Position numbers and translations under genes: made by a program
Part shown: one piece after another, positions 20,678-31,151 of the stretch
Layout: the number at the start of each line of letters is the position of its first letter
Position numbering within the stretch: the stretch's first letter is position 1
Notes under the pieces: model-generated
Seen by the model: the letters and a program-made list of their open reading frames with translations, nothing else
Told to the model about the DNA's origin: nothing
The model's database searches: none
Origin: Tolypothrix carrinoi HA7290-LM1
Lineage (GTDB): Bacteria; Cyanobacteriota; Cyanobacteriia; Cyanobacteriales; Nostocaceae
Assembly: GCA_019358935.1 (NCBI GenBank)
Contig: JAHHIK010000087.1
Coordinates: 1 to 36,521, forward strand
Direction: 5' to 3'
Length of the DNA stretch: 36,521 nt

Positions 20678-20932
20678 TTGCTTCCAGCCTTCTACTTGTG
20701 CTGAGTTATAAATTCCCGGTGTATTGGGGTAGCCAATGCCATTGGGTGCAACTTGGGTTGCTTCGCTGATAATTAACCCAGCCGATGCTCGTTGGGCGTA
20801 ATATAGGGCATTAATCGGCTGAGGAACATACCCAGCACCAGCACGACAACGAGTTAGAGGTGCAAGAATCATGCGATCGCGAAGTTCGAGCAAACCGAGA
20901 TTAGCAGGAGAAAGCAATTTTAGTGTCGTCAT
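20678..20932 (-). pseudogene. 5' fragment of Old Yellow Enzyme / NemA-like alkene reductase
   Basis: RMILAPLTRCRA, YYAQRASAGLIISEAT, TPGIYNSAQVEGWK, then abrupt end. Confidence 0.85.
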
Positions 20933-20942
20933 GGTTTCTGTA

Positions 20943-21245
20943 TTAAGTTGTTTCCTCTAAATATTTATGAACTAAAGTCACAGCCATAGCACCTTCACCA
21001 ACAGCCGAAGCAACCCGCTTGATCGAGTTATGTCGGACATCACCAGCAGCAAAAGAGCCGGGAACGCTGGTTTCTAAGAAAAAGGGGTCACGGTCGAGTG
21101 TCCAACCTGACGGGGGATGACCATCTTTAAGTAAGTCCGAACCAGTGAGTAGATAACCAGAGCGATCGCGGATAATATTAGTGTCCTTTGCCCATTCAGT
21201 ATTTGGCGCACCCCCAATACAAACAAACAGACGTTGCGTATCGAT
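20943..21245 (-). pseudogene. 3' fragment of a thioredoxin-reductase-like FAD oxidoreductase
   Basis: Manual translation LFVCIGGAPNTEW...LETSVPGSFAAGDVRHNSIKRVASAVGEGAMAV...ETT*; no start codon. Confidence 0.85.
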
Positions 21246-21435
21246 TTATCGCGTGACGGGTAGCGATCATTATCTAGCCAAGGTATCAGTAACTTCTATT
21301 AGTCACTTAGAGCAATTGGTCGATCGCTTTATTCCTTTTGCCACTGTCACAACTTCAATTGTGCTTTCAGTTCCCGTCCTTGGACGGACAATTGATCAGG
21401 GTATCTTCCCTGAAGCAGAACGTCCTAAATCATGA
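21244..21435 (+). pseudogene. 3' fragment of an Lrp/AsnC regulator (ligand-binding domain)
   Basis: YRVTGSDHYLAKV...LEQLVDRF...TTSIVLS; HTH missing. Confidence 0.75.
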
Positions 21436-21476
21436 CGAAGACGGTAGATTTAGGAAGTAACTGAGGAGGTTATTAG

Positions 21477-21821
21477 ATGTCAAATGGTAGCCGTGCTTAT
21501 ATCGCAGTTTTTGTTTCTAAAAGTTCAGTAGGAAATCTTGATACCAACCTTTATTATCAGGAATGTTTTACCTTAATTAAAGCATCTTCCCCGGAGGAAG
21601 CTAGACAAAAAGCTGTTAACCACGCAAACAATACCGTAAATACGTCCTACCCAAACGAACACGGAGAAACAGTAACCTGGGTTGTAAAACAAATTACTGA
21701 TGTGACAAACACACTAGAAAACGAATTCGACTTACATACTGATGCTGTAGATTTGTACGTAAGAGGTTTTGAAGATTACAAAACTTATCAAAGTTTGTTT
21801 GGTTTGTCAGAAAGTCAATAG
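21477..21821 (+). CDS. Small protein, DUF4288-like
   Basis: YQECFTLIKASSPEEARQKA...YPNEHGETVTW; GGAGG SD. Confidence 0.7.
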   Translation: MSNGSRAYIAVFVSKSSVGNLDTNLYYQECFTLIKASSPEEARQKAVNHANNTVNTSYPNEHGETVTWVVKQITDVTNTLENEFDLHTDAVDLYVRGFEDYKTYQSLFGLSESQ

Positions 21822-21886
21822 ACCTATCCGCTATTTTTGCGCTCATTCCTAAAAAATATGAAATTAGGTTTTTGCAACACAACTTC

Positions 21887-23650
21887 TCAAATCCCGTAAG
21901 ACCGGGGATAGGGCTTTAGGAGTGTCTTAGCTTGATAGACATAAACGACGTTGATAACCACCCCACCTCGTCGAATCGGTATCGTTTCGATCGCACTCAG
22001 GCTGTTAAAGTAAGTTCGATAGTTAGCCATTAAGTCTTTTCTGAGATTAAAGGGGGCAGTAGTGATGTACAACGCATCTTCTCCCAACCATTGCCCAGCT
22101 TTTGACCAAAAAGCAAACCCACGCAGATCCTTGCCAATATCAAAGCAAGTAATCGGTGTGTCAGCTAGAGGTTTAAGGGACATTGCAATCGGTCCACCTA
22201 GGTAATAGCGATTGGTGAATATAAAGCTAGAGTTGTGTAGCGCTGCACTAAGGACAGGAGATTCAGCAAAACCGCGTCGCAGTTGCCCAATATCAATTAG
22301 TTCTGTAGAGGGGTCGTTTTTGGGAGATAAGAATCCTCCCATTAAAGCGTATTGACTAGGCTTTTGCATGATTCCTGTTGTTATTTGCAGCAGAACAATA
22401 AGTAACATGCTGCTAACCGCAATTCCTGAACCTAAAAGCCATCGCTGCACAGAACGTCTGGATTTCTCTTGCCAGATAACTGCCTGTTGTCCTAATAGTA
22501 AAGTTGTCCCCCAAAATCCTGGCATCGTCCAAGCCGGCAAAATTTGCCGATATCCTCCTATGAAAGTAAACCCGAAAATTAAGGGTAGGGACACCCATAA
22601 AATCAATAGAATCGAAGCGTCTAAATCTTTTCTTTTCTGATAAAAAAGTTCATTTGTTCGAGCTACTGTCGATCGCAAACTCACCCACCAAAGCGGAAAT
22701 CCTATCGTGGGAAATAAATAGGCTATCCCAAGAAAAAACACAGATACTACACTCAGCAGATTGTAGCCGCTTTTAGGCACTGCACGCTCTGACTGAAAAC
22801 GAAAAGACACCCAATCATGCTGTATATTCCAAAACACAATTGGGGAGATGGTGATGATAAATAAGCTTAACCCTAGCCATGCCCAAGGCGATCGCACAAC
22901 ACAGCGATGACGTGGACTCGTTAAACAAAAACCAATTAGCCCCACTCCCAAAACAAAACCGTGATATTTGCTATCGCAGGCTAATCCTACCAAAATACCC
23001 AGAATTGCTAAACGGTAACTGGGGACGTATAAATTAGACTTCTTGCATAAATCAAAACGAAGAACCCCACCCCGCCTTTGACTTACGTCAAAGTCTCCCC
23101 TCCCCGCAGGCGGGGAGGGGTTGGGGGTGGGGTTTTGGAGAATGAGTGCAAGAGGTCTATTAGATAATTTGCCGTGCAATTGATTTCCAGGCTGCGGAAA
23201 AAATTCATTAGCCGCACAATATAAACTGGCAGACCAAAAAAACATCAGTGGACTGTCGGGTAGACTGAGGATGCCAAAACTAACTTGAAAAATTGGACTT
23301 ATGGTAGCGATCGCCAAAGTCAACTTCGCAGCCTTTGCAGAGAATAGTCTCTTGCTAGTCAGATACAATAGCAGCAAACTGCCTGTGTAGCAAATTAGCG
23401 CTCCCAGCCGAATTGTGAATTGGGATACAATTCCAGTCAACCAAGGACCAAAACCAGTTGTCAGCGCAACCAAAACTGGATGATCGAAATAGCTCCAGTC
23501 CAGATGCAGACTGTAAAGATAGTAGTAAGCTTCATCAAACGTAGGGTAAAGCCAAAAAGCAAGGAAGGATCGAAACAGCAGTCCCCCAACCAGTAAAAAA
23601 AGCACTAACTGATTAGTTTTTTCGGCAAGCCATTTCTGAGCTATTTGCAT
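21887..23650 (-). CDS. Membrane glycosyltransferase (GT39 / PMT_2 / ArnT-like)
   Basis: DEAYY...LDWSYFDHP, PDSP, SKY motifs; multiple TM helices; carries a 41-aa in-frame insert. Confidence 0.88.
   Translation of the reverse strand: MQIAQKWLAEKTNQLVLFLLVGGLLFRSFLAFWLYPTFDEAYYYLYSLHLDWSYFDHPVLVALTTGFGPWLTGIVSQFTIRLGALICYTGSLLLLYLTSKRLFSAKAAKLTLAIATISPIFQVSFGILSLPDSPLMFFWSASLYCAANEFFPQPGNQLHGKLSNRPLALILQNPTPNPSPPAGRGDFDVSQRRGGVLRFDLCKKSNLYVPSYRLAILGILVGLACDSKYHGFVLGVGLIGFCLTSPRHRCVVRSPWAWLGLSLFIITISPIVFWNIQHDWVSFRFQSERAVPKSGYNLLSVVSVFFLGIAYLFPTIGFPLWWVSLRSTVARTNELFYQKRKDLDASILLILWVSLPLIFGFTFIGGYRQILPAWTMPGFWGTTLLLGQQAVIWQEKSRRSVQRWLLGSGIAVSSMLLIVLLQITTGIMQKPSQYALMGGFLSPKNDPSTELIDIGQLRRGFAESPVLSAALHNSSFIFTNRYYLGGPIAMSLKPLADTPITCFDIGKDLRGFAFWSKAGQWLGEDALYITTAPFNLRKDLMANYRTYFNSLSAIETIPIRRGGVVINVVYVYQAKTLLKPYPRSYGI
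23035..23159. mobile_element. MITE with TA-flanked 13-bp inverted repeats, inserted in frame
   Basis: TAGACTTCTTGCA ... TGCAAGAGGTCTA (1 mismatch); internal CCCCTCCCCGC/GCGGGGAGGGG hairpin. Confidence 0.8.
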
Positions 23651-23742
23651 TTACTTAAATTTTATCCTTCTCATTAACATGCATCTTAATCTTGAAGTCA
23701 TATAAATCAAAAGTTGAATAATTAAATCAAGCAATAAATTTC

Positions 23743-24470
23743 ATGACCGAATTTGAACGCTATCTATTTGACTTACAAGGCTTCTTAGTAATTGAGAATG
23801 TACTCAATAAAGGCGAAATTGCCGCTCTTCAGTCACTGCTAGATCGGCAAATTGCACTTCAAGATAACATGGCAAAATTTCTGCGCTTTGATAGTTTACT
23901 ATCTTGGGGTAAACCTTTGAGAAATTTGCTCGATAAGAGCGCGAATCACTCCCTACCTATCTAATTTGCTAGGAGAGAAATTTCGCCTAGATCATGACTA
24001 CGTTCACATCATCCGTCAAGGCATCGGTCCGATTGGCTCTCACCTACATGGAGGTGCAACTCCCTACGATCCTTGCCAATATTACCAATTCAAAAATAAC
24101 AGAATGTACAACGGCTTAACTGCCGTTGCTTACGAACTAAATGACGTGCATCCAAAGAACCGGTGGTATGGGATGCGTTCCTGGTAGCCATAAAAGTAAT
24201 CTACCTTTCCCGCAAGAATGGCTTGATTTGAAAATTCCCCATCCCTGCGTACAAGCGGTTACAGTCAAAGCTGGAAGCGCCATTATATTTACCGAAGCAT
24301 TAACTCACGGTACACTTCCTTGGAAAGGAAAAAACGAGCGTCGGACACTTTTTTACAAATATTCTCCCCATCCATCAGCTTGGGCAAAATATTTATATAA
24401 CTCTGATGATTACCCAGACCTGACCGCATCGCAACGGCAAATACTCAGTCCACCTGGAGTCTATCCTTAA
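23743..24470 (+). pseudogene. Phytanoyl-CoA dioxygenase (PhyH) family gene with two +1 frameshifts
   Basis: Three consecutive ORFs: YLFDLQGFLVIENVL / HLHGG / CVPGSHKS...IIFTEALTHGTLPW. Confidence 0.8.
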
Positions 24471-24527
24471 CACAACTTACCCAAAAACTCTCTGTTCTTC
24501 CTCAGCGTAGCGTTTTTAAATGCAAGG

Positions 24528-24674
24528 GGGTGACAATGCGATTGTATCGGGTGACAATGCGATTGTATCGGGTGACAATGCCATTGCATCGGGTGACAAT
24601 GCCATTGTATCGGGTGACAATGCCATTGTATCGGGTGACAATGCGATTGCATCGGGTGACAATGCGATTGTATC
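24528..24674. repeat. Seven tandem copies of a 21-bp unit GGGTGACAATGC(G/C)ATTG(T/C)ATC
   Basis: Directly visible; no spacers. Confidence 0.95.
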
Positions 24675-24953
24675 GAGTATTGCCAAATTTAATACGAGCG
24701 CGAATTCTCCGCGTACCTCTGCGCTTACCTCTGCGACCCTTTGCGTTTAAATTTCAACCCTCAATTCGCCACGATTTGACGCAATAACGAGAGAACTATC
24801 CGATAGGACGGGATGAGGTTGTGATGTACAACTTGTATAACATGCAACTGCGTATCCAAACTAAGCAAAGATGTGATTTAAACACCTGTGCCATAAAGTA
24901 GTACATTGAAAAATGCATCTAGAGTAGCGTTATTATTCTTGACAAAATTACCT

Positions 24954-25679
24954 GTGCGAAAAATAGTTATTGCCGGCAACTGGAAAATGTTCAAAACTCA
25001 GGCAGAATCCCAAGAATTTTTAGAAGGATTTCTGCCCACCTTACAACAAACACCCGACGAGCGAGAAGTCGTTTTATGTGTACCCTTCACAGACTTAAGC
25101 GCTTTGTCCAAGAATCTGCATGGAAGTCTTGTACAGCTAGGAGCGCAAAATGTCCATTGGGAAGAAAGCGGAGCATACACCGGTGAAATCTCCGGTCCCA
25201 TGCTGACAGAAATTGGCGTGCGCTATGTAATTGTCGGTCATAGCGAACGCCGACAATACTTTGGGGAAACGGATACTACCGTCAACTTGCGTCTGAAAGC
25301 AGCTCAAAAGTACGGTCTTACGCCAATTTTGTGTGTAGGTGAAACTAAGGAACAACGAGATGCAGGAGAAACCGAATTTCTGATTAGCACTCAGTTAGAA
25401 AAAGACTTGGTGGATGTTGACCAAACTAACTTGGTGATTGCTTACGAACCAATTTGGGCGATCGGCACTGGTGACACTTGCGAAACAAAAGAAGCTAATC
25501 GCGTAATTGGTTTAATTCGCAGTCAGTTGACAAATCCAAATGTTCCAATTCAATATGGCGGTTCAGTCAAGCCAAATAATATTGACGAAATTATGGCTCA
25601 ACCGGAAATTGATGGGGCTTTAGTGGGAGGAGCGAGTTTAGAAGCTGCGGGTTTCGCCCGAATTGTTAACTATAAATAA
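24954..25679 (+). CDS. tpiA: Triosephosphate isomerase
   Basis: [33 protein letters not shown]; probable GTG start at 24954. Confidence 0.98.
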   Translation: MRKIVIAGNWKMFKTQAESQEFLEGFLPTLQQTPDEREVVLCVPFTDLSALSKNLHGSLVQLGAQNVHWEESGAYTGEISGPMLTEIGVRYVIVGHSERRQYFGETDTTVNLRLKAAQKYGLTPILCVGETKEQRDAGETEFLISTQLEKDLVDVDQTNLVIAYEPIWAIGTGDTCETKEANRVIGLIRSQLTNPNVPIQYGGSVKPNNIDEIMAQPEIDGALVGGASLEAAGFARIVNYK

Positions 25680-25695
25680 TCCCATGTTCTATCTT

Positions 25696-25808
25696 CTCGT
25701 TCCCACGCAGAGCGTGGGAATGTCTTCAATGGGGCTGCTGCCTCAATCGTCATCAAAACGAGGCGGCAGCCGACGTAAGAGCGTTACCAGGCTGAACCTG
25801 GTAACGAG
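25696..25808. repeat. REP-like double-hairpin element
   Basis: CTCGTTCCCACGCAGAGCGTGGGAATG ... CGTTACCAGGCTGAACCTGGTAACGAG. Confidence 0.7.
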
Positions 25809-25833
25809 TCGGACAAGAGTAAATCGTAAATTT

Positions 25834-26691
25834 ATGCCAAGCAATTTGATAATTAGGGGACGCTGTTTCGATTGGGGACAGCGGACTTATCTAATGGGCG
25901 TTTTAAATGTGACACCTGATAGCTTTAGTGATGGTGGCGATTTTAACAGCATTGCTGCGGCTTTAATACAAGCAAAAACACTGGTAGCTGCTGGTGCTGA
26001 CATTATCGATATAGGTGGTCAATCGACTCGACCCGGAGCGGCGCAAATCTCTGTGGCTGAAGAACTTGAGCGGGTGCTGTCGGTCTTGCAAGTACTCAGA
26101 AAAGAAATGGACGTGCCAATTTCTGTAGATACCACAAGAGCGCTTGTAGCAAAAGCATCCATAGAAGCTGGAGCGGATATAGTCAATGATATCTCTGGGG
26201 GCACGTTTGACTTAGAAATGTTGCCAACAGTTGCTAAATTAAACGTGCCAATTATACTAATGCATATCCGGGGAAACCCAGAGACAATGAATCAACTTAC
26301 AGATTATCAGGATTTGATGGGGGAGATTTATACTTTTTTAGCAAGGCAAATTGCAGCTGCAACAGATGCGGGTATTGAGCCTGAGAAAATAATTATCGAT
26401 CCTGGTATTGGTTTTGCCAAGAACTACGAGCAAAATTTAGAAATATTTCGCCGCTTGCGATCGCTCACAAAACTCAACTGCCCTATCCTAATAGGACCAT
26501 CCCGCAAAAGTTTCATTGGTCGCATTTTAGATCAACCAGACGCAAAAGCACGAGTTTGGGGAACCGCAGCAGCATGTTGTGCGGCTATCTTTAATGGTGC
26601 TGATATCCTCCGCGTTCACGATGTCAAAGAAATGCGCGATGTATCGCTAGTTGCTGATGCACTTGTGCGACACTCTCCACATCGTGATTAA
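25834..26691 (+). CDS. folP: Dihydropteroate synthase
   Basis: MGVLNVTPDSFSDGG, IIDPGIGFAK, SRKSFIG, ILRVHDV; probable ATG at 25834. Confidence 0.97.
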   Translation: MPSNLIIRGRCFDWGQRTYLMGVLNVTPDSFSDGGDFNSIAAALIQAKTLVAAGADIIDIGGQSTRPGAAQISVAEELERVLSVLQVLRKEMDVPISVDTTRALVAKASIEAGADIVNDISGGTFDLEMLPTVAKLNVPIILMHIRGNPETMNQLTDYQDLMGEIYTFLARQIAAATDAGIEPEKIIIDPGIGFAKNYEQNLEIFRRLRSLTKLNCPILIGPSRKSFIGRILDQPDAKARVWGTAAACCAAIFNGADILRVHDVKEMRDVSLVADALVRHSPHRD

Positions 26692-26721
26692 ATCAGTTAA
26701 GAAGTGGGTTTAGACTTGAGA

Positions 26722-27564
26722 TTAGACAGAACCATTCTCAGAGGTATTGCCATTAGCTTCAGTACTTACCGTATCACCAACCATCTGCTCAAAAGCTCCC
26801 TCTGATACTCCTTGATTGAGAAAGACAATTTTTGCATTGGTACTAGCACCGAGTCTTTGGCTAGCTTCTACTTGTTCTTGAGCCACCAAATACTTGAGGA
26901 TTTCTTTAGTTTCCGGTTTGGAAGTTATGGCGTCAGAAAGTATCCGAATAGATTCCTTAGTTGCTTCTGCTCTCTTAATTGAAGCTTCCCGCTCTCCTTC
27001 TGCTGTGGTAATAGCTGCCTGTTTTCTGATTTGAGCCGCTTGCTGCTCTGCCATTGACTTCTGTACACTTTCAGGTGGTGTAATCCTCTGAATATCTACC
27101 CGAAGAATCTCAACTCCCCATTCTGAGCTTACCTGGTTTAAAACCTGCAACAGCGATTGGTTCATCTGATTTCTAGAAGAAATGGTTTCCGTTAAAGTTC
27201 TATCGGCAATGTTGGCACGAAGTTCCACCATCACCAGGTTTGTTAGCGATATTTGGATATCATCGATTTTGTAAAAGCTTTTCTCCATACTCATGATTCG
27301 CCAGTTGACAACGCCATCAACTTCTAGGTAAACGTTATCTTTGGTGATTACATTTTGAGGCTTAATATCTAAAATCTGTTCTCGTGTAGTATCTTCCATC
27401 ACAATACTATCGACCAAGGGAACAATAAAGTTCAGACCTGGCTTGAGTTTGCGATGATACCGTCCTAAACGCTCGACTAAGGCTTCATTACCTTCATTAA
27501 TCAGTTTTGCAGACCCTAACGCATAGCCTATAAGCACTAAGACTATAGCAACAATCGGCTCCAT
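26722..27564 (-). CDS. SPFH/Band 7 (stomatin/paraslipin-like) membrane protein
   Basis: ALVERLGRY...PGLNFIVP, QNVITKDNV, WGVEILRVDIQRITPP. Confidence 0.92.
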   Translation of the reverse strand: MEPIVAIVLVLIGYALGSAKLINEGNEALVERLGRYHRKLKPGLNFIVPLVDSIVMEDTTREQILDIKPQNVITKDNVYLEVDGVVNWRIMSMEKSFYKIDDIQISLTNLVMVELRANIADRTLTETISSRNQMNQSLLQVLNQVSSEWGVEILRVDIQRITPPESVQKSMAEQQAAQIRKQAAITTAEGEREASIKRAEATKESIRILSDAITSKPETKEILKYLVAQEQVEASQRLGASTNAKIVFLNQGVSEGAFEQMVGDTVSTEANGNTSENGSV

Positions 27565-27762
27565 ATATGCTCCTATTCAGCTTTTGGTAGAATTTAAATT
27601 TAATCTAAAGGACACGGCACTAGCTTGTCCTACCTTTAAGTCTAATGTGTTGAATGTGTGTAATCTTATTATCACAAGCAACAGTAAATGGCAAGACACG
27701 ATAACACAAGGCAATCGCTATTAAAGCACTTGAGTGTCACGCTGGCAAGTATTTTTTTAGGG

Positions 27763-28086
27763 AATGGGGCATAGGGCATGGGGCATGGGGGAGGCAGTGC
27801 GTTGGAAAGGCTCTGCCGACAGTCACGCATCTGCCGTCATGGGGCATGGGGCATGGGGGAGGCAGTGCGTTGGAAAGGCTCTGCCGACAGTCACGCATCT
27901 GCCGTCATGGGGCATGGGGGAGGCAGTGCGTTCGGTCAAAAGACAGTCACGCATCTGCCGTCATGGGGCATTGGTAATAATTATTTCCCCTTTCCCCTTT
28001 CCCCTTTCCCTAATGCCCATTGCCCATTGCGATAGGGCCCATTGCGATAGGGCCCATTGCCCATTGCGAGCGTGCCCATTGCCCAA
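27763..28086. repeat. STRR (GGGCATG / CCCATTG) arrays with three tandem 61-68 bp palindromic units
   Basis: GGAGGCAGTGCGTT...CAGTCACGCATCTGCCGTCAT, units starting near 27781, 27849 and 27910. Confidence 0.9.
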
Positions 28087-29733
28087 TTACTTAACTACAA
28101 ACTCCAGCCACGGTTTAATATTTGCTGGTAACTCGGAAACTAGACGCAACGGCAGTTGGGGTGTAGAAAAAGATTGGGCGTAAGCTGATGTAAGAAAAGG
28201 TTGATAAATTCTCGCTTCTGGTGTAAGTTGAAGGGTAAAAGCTAAACTGACACCACGAGTTAGTTGACGCAAAGGTTCGGTTTCTACACCACGCCGTTCT
28301 TTAACGATGGTGGTGGCTGCACTTCCTACATATGCTGGGTCGCTAATACTCAAGTGAGTACCACCAATAGCAGTTAGCAGATATTTGGTTCCTCGCAGTT
28401 GAGTAAAAGGTTGGATTTGATGGTTTAGCGCTGGGGTCAGAGAGTCTTCGGTGCCGCTTAAGATTAAAACTGGGTTGGTAATTTTACTTAAACCGTTTTT
28501 ACCAAATAGTTTACCGACTAGAGGATTGAGCGCGATCGCACTTTTTACCCTTTCATCTTTTAATTGTATTTTCCTATCTCCTAAAGGTGCCGCCGTACAT
28601 TGCAACCAATCCCCCGGAGATTCTCCAAAAGTAAGAGAATTTTGACAATATTGCCGTAAATCCTTTAAGTCTAATTCTCCCCCCACCAAAGCCAAAGCTG
28701 TATAACCTCCCAAAGAGTGACCTATCACAGTCACTTTCTCGGTATTTAGCTTTCCTTGAAGTTGTCCTGGTTGAGAATTTAGTTTCGCCAGTTCATTCAA
28801 TAAAAATGTAACATCTTTGGGACGGTCAAGAAATTCTGATGCTGGCATCAAATCTGCTAAATTACCAGATGCGGAAGCGCTATTAACTGATGTCAGGTTA
28901 CTACCAGGATGTTCAATTGCCGCAACCGTGACACCGTGAGATGCTAAATGACGCGCTAAATATTCCGAAAATTTGCGATTTGCCCCAAAACCGTGAGAAA
29001 TTACTACTAAGGGTGCTTGCGCTTCAACCCGACTTGAATATATATCTACAGGAATAATTCTATTTCGTCGTCTGTCGGTAAAAGTTAAAGTTTGTTGTTG
29101 AACTGTTTCTTTGCCGATCGCCGCTGGATCGAAAGTTGCCCGAAACGGTATATTATTGTCAACAGCTAATTCTCGTGCTAACAAGACTCCCAAAGCTTGA
29201 CTTTGCAAACGATTAGCGCTAAATTCAACTGCAAGACCGATCGCTTGAGTTGCATCTACGGTAACATCTTGTTGTGGATAAGCTCGTAAAAAACCAAGTG
29301 CGCTTAAACCGTTGAATTGTCGCAGCGCTATATTAAGTGTTCCTTGCAAGCTTTCGACTGTACTACCGGGTATTGCTACTCCTAAGGAGGCAATTAATTG
29401 TTTGCCTTCTGGTGTTCGCACTAAATCAGCGATGAATTTGTCTGCTACAGCCGGATCTACTTGCAAGCGTCTTGTCAGCAATTTTTGTACTTCCGGTGAG
29501 AGTACAGAAGATAAAATTTCCAGCTTTTCTGGTAGTTTACCAGTTTTGGCGTATTTTTCTAAGTCGGCGATCGCTACTGACTGTTCAAATGGACCTAAGC
29601 GGATAATAACTCTTTGAGCGGCTAAAGTAGAGGGCATCCCCACACCCAAACCGAAAGCTAAAGACAAACTACACAAGAATTTGTGTGCGAAGGCAATTTT
29701 ACGCCGATTTCTTACCAATAGCTGAAATTGCAT
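28087..29733 (-). CDS. Alpha/beta hydrolase with DUF1400-like N-terminus
   Basis: VISHGFG, EHPGS, GHSLGGYT nucleophile elbow; start uncertain (ATG 29733 vs TTG 29784). Confidence 0.88.
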   Translation of the reverse strand: MQFQLLVRNRRKIAFAHKFLCSLSLAFGLGVGMPSTLAAQRVIIRLGPFEQSVAIADLEKYAKTGKLPEKLEILSSVLSPEVQKLLTRRLQVDPAVADKFIADLVRTPEGKQLIASLGVAIPGSTVESLQGTLNIALRQFNGLSALGFLRAYPQQDVTVDATQAIGLAVEFSANRLQSQALGVLLARELAVDNNIPFRATFDPAAIGKETVQQQTLTFTDRRRNRIIPVDIYSSRVEAQAPLVVISHGFGANRKFSEYLARHLASHGVTVAAIEHPGSNLTSVNSASASGNLADLMPASEFLDRPKDVTFLLNELAKLNSQPGQLQGKLNTEKVTVIGHSLGGYTALALVGGELDLKDLRQYCQNSLTFGESPGDWLQCTAAPLGDRKIQLKDERVKSAIALNPLVGKLFGKNGLSKITNPVLILSGTEDSLTPALNHQIQPFTQLRGTKYLLTAIGGTHLSISDPAYVGSAATTIVKERRGVETEPLRQLTRGVSLAFTLQLTPEARIYQPFLTSAYAQSFSTPQLPLRLVSELPANIKPWLEFVVK

Positions 29734-30111
29734 AGATTTATTTGCCCAAGTTTTGTTAAAGCGCGGATTTTCAGCAGTTGTCAAAACTAATTGCTACAAT
29801 TAGTGCTCTTTGATGAATGCACTTCTTCTACAACTTATAGCAAAAATTTACTTTCCTTCTTTTTTCGGGCGTTATATATGTGAAGGTTAGAGTCTGTAGA
29901 ATGAAAGCGATCGCTCCCTTATGTCCTACAATATACTACACTGACTCAAATCGAACATGAGTCTTAATTTTAACAATTTCATTTGGCAAGGTCATATTTT
30001 TACACATACAATCGGTAAAATGGCGATGGGTGTATAAAACATCAACCTCAATATCATAAATTTATTACTTTATTAAAAATTCAGGGTAAAAAAGCTATCG
30101 TTAAACTTCAA

Positions 30112-31077
30112 ATGGCAGACCGGATAAATGATATCGCTTGGCAAGCTCACCTGGGTAGCGTTGCTGCGATTATTCAAGTATTGAACCAAAAATTAGCCAA
30201 TTCTGGTGTCAGAACCAGAGCTATCTTTGCTGATGGAGTCTTACAACTTCTTTGTGAGGCTCGTACAGTCGATAAACTTGAACAATCAACTCTAGTCAAG
30301 CAAATCCAGCAAATTCTCGAATCAATCGCACCGCGTAACATTCGTAGAGTTAACATCAACAGTCGAATTGTTCAAGAACAGCAATTGTTATGGTTAGAGG
30401 AAATTACCCGCGCTCCGGAAAATCATTTACTTTGGTCAGAGGAAATTATTTTAGCTCAACCAGGTATTTTACAGCAAGTAATTCAAGATTTCCAAGAGCG
30501 TAAAATCGAACAAGCAAAGCCAAATTTACCCAAGTCGCAATATTCTAGTGCTTTAGTAGCTATTAACAAAAATAAGCGCAAAAAATCCCCCAGTGGACGG
30601 ATGCTCGATACAGTGGGTTTATGCTTATTTTTATTTGTCCTTGGCTGGAGTGCTTATGTTTGGTTAGGTGGTAGATCAAATTTAACGCCACAACAAGTGC
30701 TTAAATCTTTAGCACCGACGGTAAAATCGAACGAGCCAGCTTCGACTAACTCTGAACCAGAAATACCACCTTTGGCGGCTATACCAAGTGATTCTACGCT
30801 AGATGAAGATTTGTTTGCAGCAGCCGTGAGAATTGCCAATCAAGCTTCTACAATCGGTAAAAATGCTCAGACATCAATTCAATGGTTGGATTTAGCTGCT
30901 AGGTGGCAAAGAGCCTCTGATTTAATGAGTAAAGTACCATCCAATCATAGTCGATACAAAGAAGCTCAAATTCGGACTAAGTTGTATCGAGAATATAGTG
31001 AAGCGGCACAAAAAGAGGCAGACAAGATTAAAAAAAGTCAGGGGTCAAAAGTCAAAAGTCAGAATTCTGACTCCTAA
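30112..31077 (+). CDS. Hypothetical single-TM protein
   Basis: 321-aa ORF with a central TM segment and helical C-terminus. Confidence 0.8.
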   Translation: MADRINDIAWQAHLGSVAAIIQVLNQKLANSGVRTRAIFADGVLQLLCEARTVDKLEQSTLVKQIQQILESIAPRNIRRVNINSRIVQEQQLLWLEEITRAPENHLLWSEEIILAQPGILQQVIQDFQERKIEQAKPNLPKSQYSSALVAINKNKRKKSPSGRMLDTVGLCLFLFVLGWSAYVWLGGRSNLTPQQVLKSLAPTVKSNEPASTNSEPEIPPLAAIPSDSTLDEDLFAAAVRIANQASTIGKNAQTSIQWLDLAARWQRASDLMSKVPSNHSRYKEAQIRTKLYREYSEAAQKEADKIKKSQGSKVKSQNSDS

Positions 31078-31122
31078 ATTTTACCAGATTGACGCAACTC
31101 AAAAATTAATTTCCCCAACTAC

Positions 31123-31151
31123 TTGACACTGCATACTACATATACTACATT
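31123..31151 (+). promoter_or_regulatory. Candidate sigma70 promoter for the Y-like RNA / Ro60 locus
   Basis: TTGACA-17 bp-TACATT. Confidence 0.55.

Noticed and set aside
24528..24674. CRISPR array
   Set aside because: Contiguous 21-bp units without spacers
25663..25833. N-terminal extension of FolP
   Set aside because: Runs through a REP-like element and overlaps tpiA; ATG 25834 fits better
27764..28183. ORFs of 139 and 85 aa (also 4101-4409)
   Set aside because: Translations of heptamer and palindromic repeats
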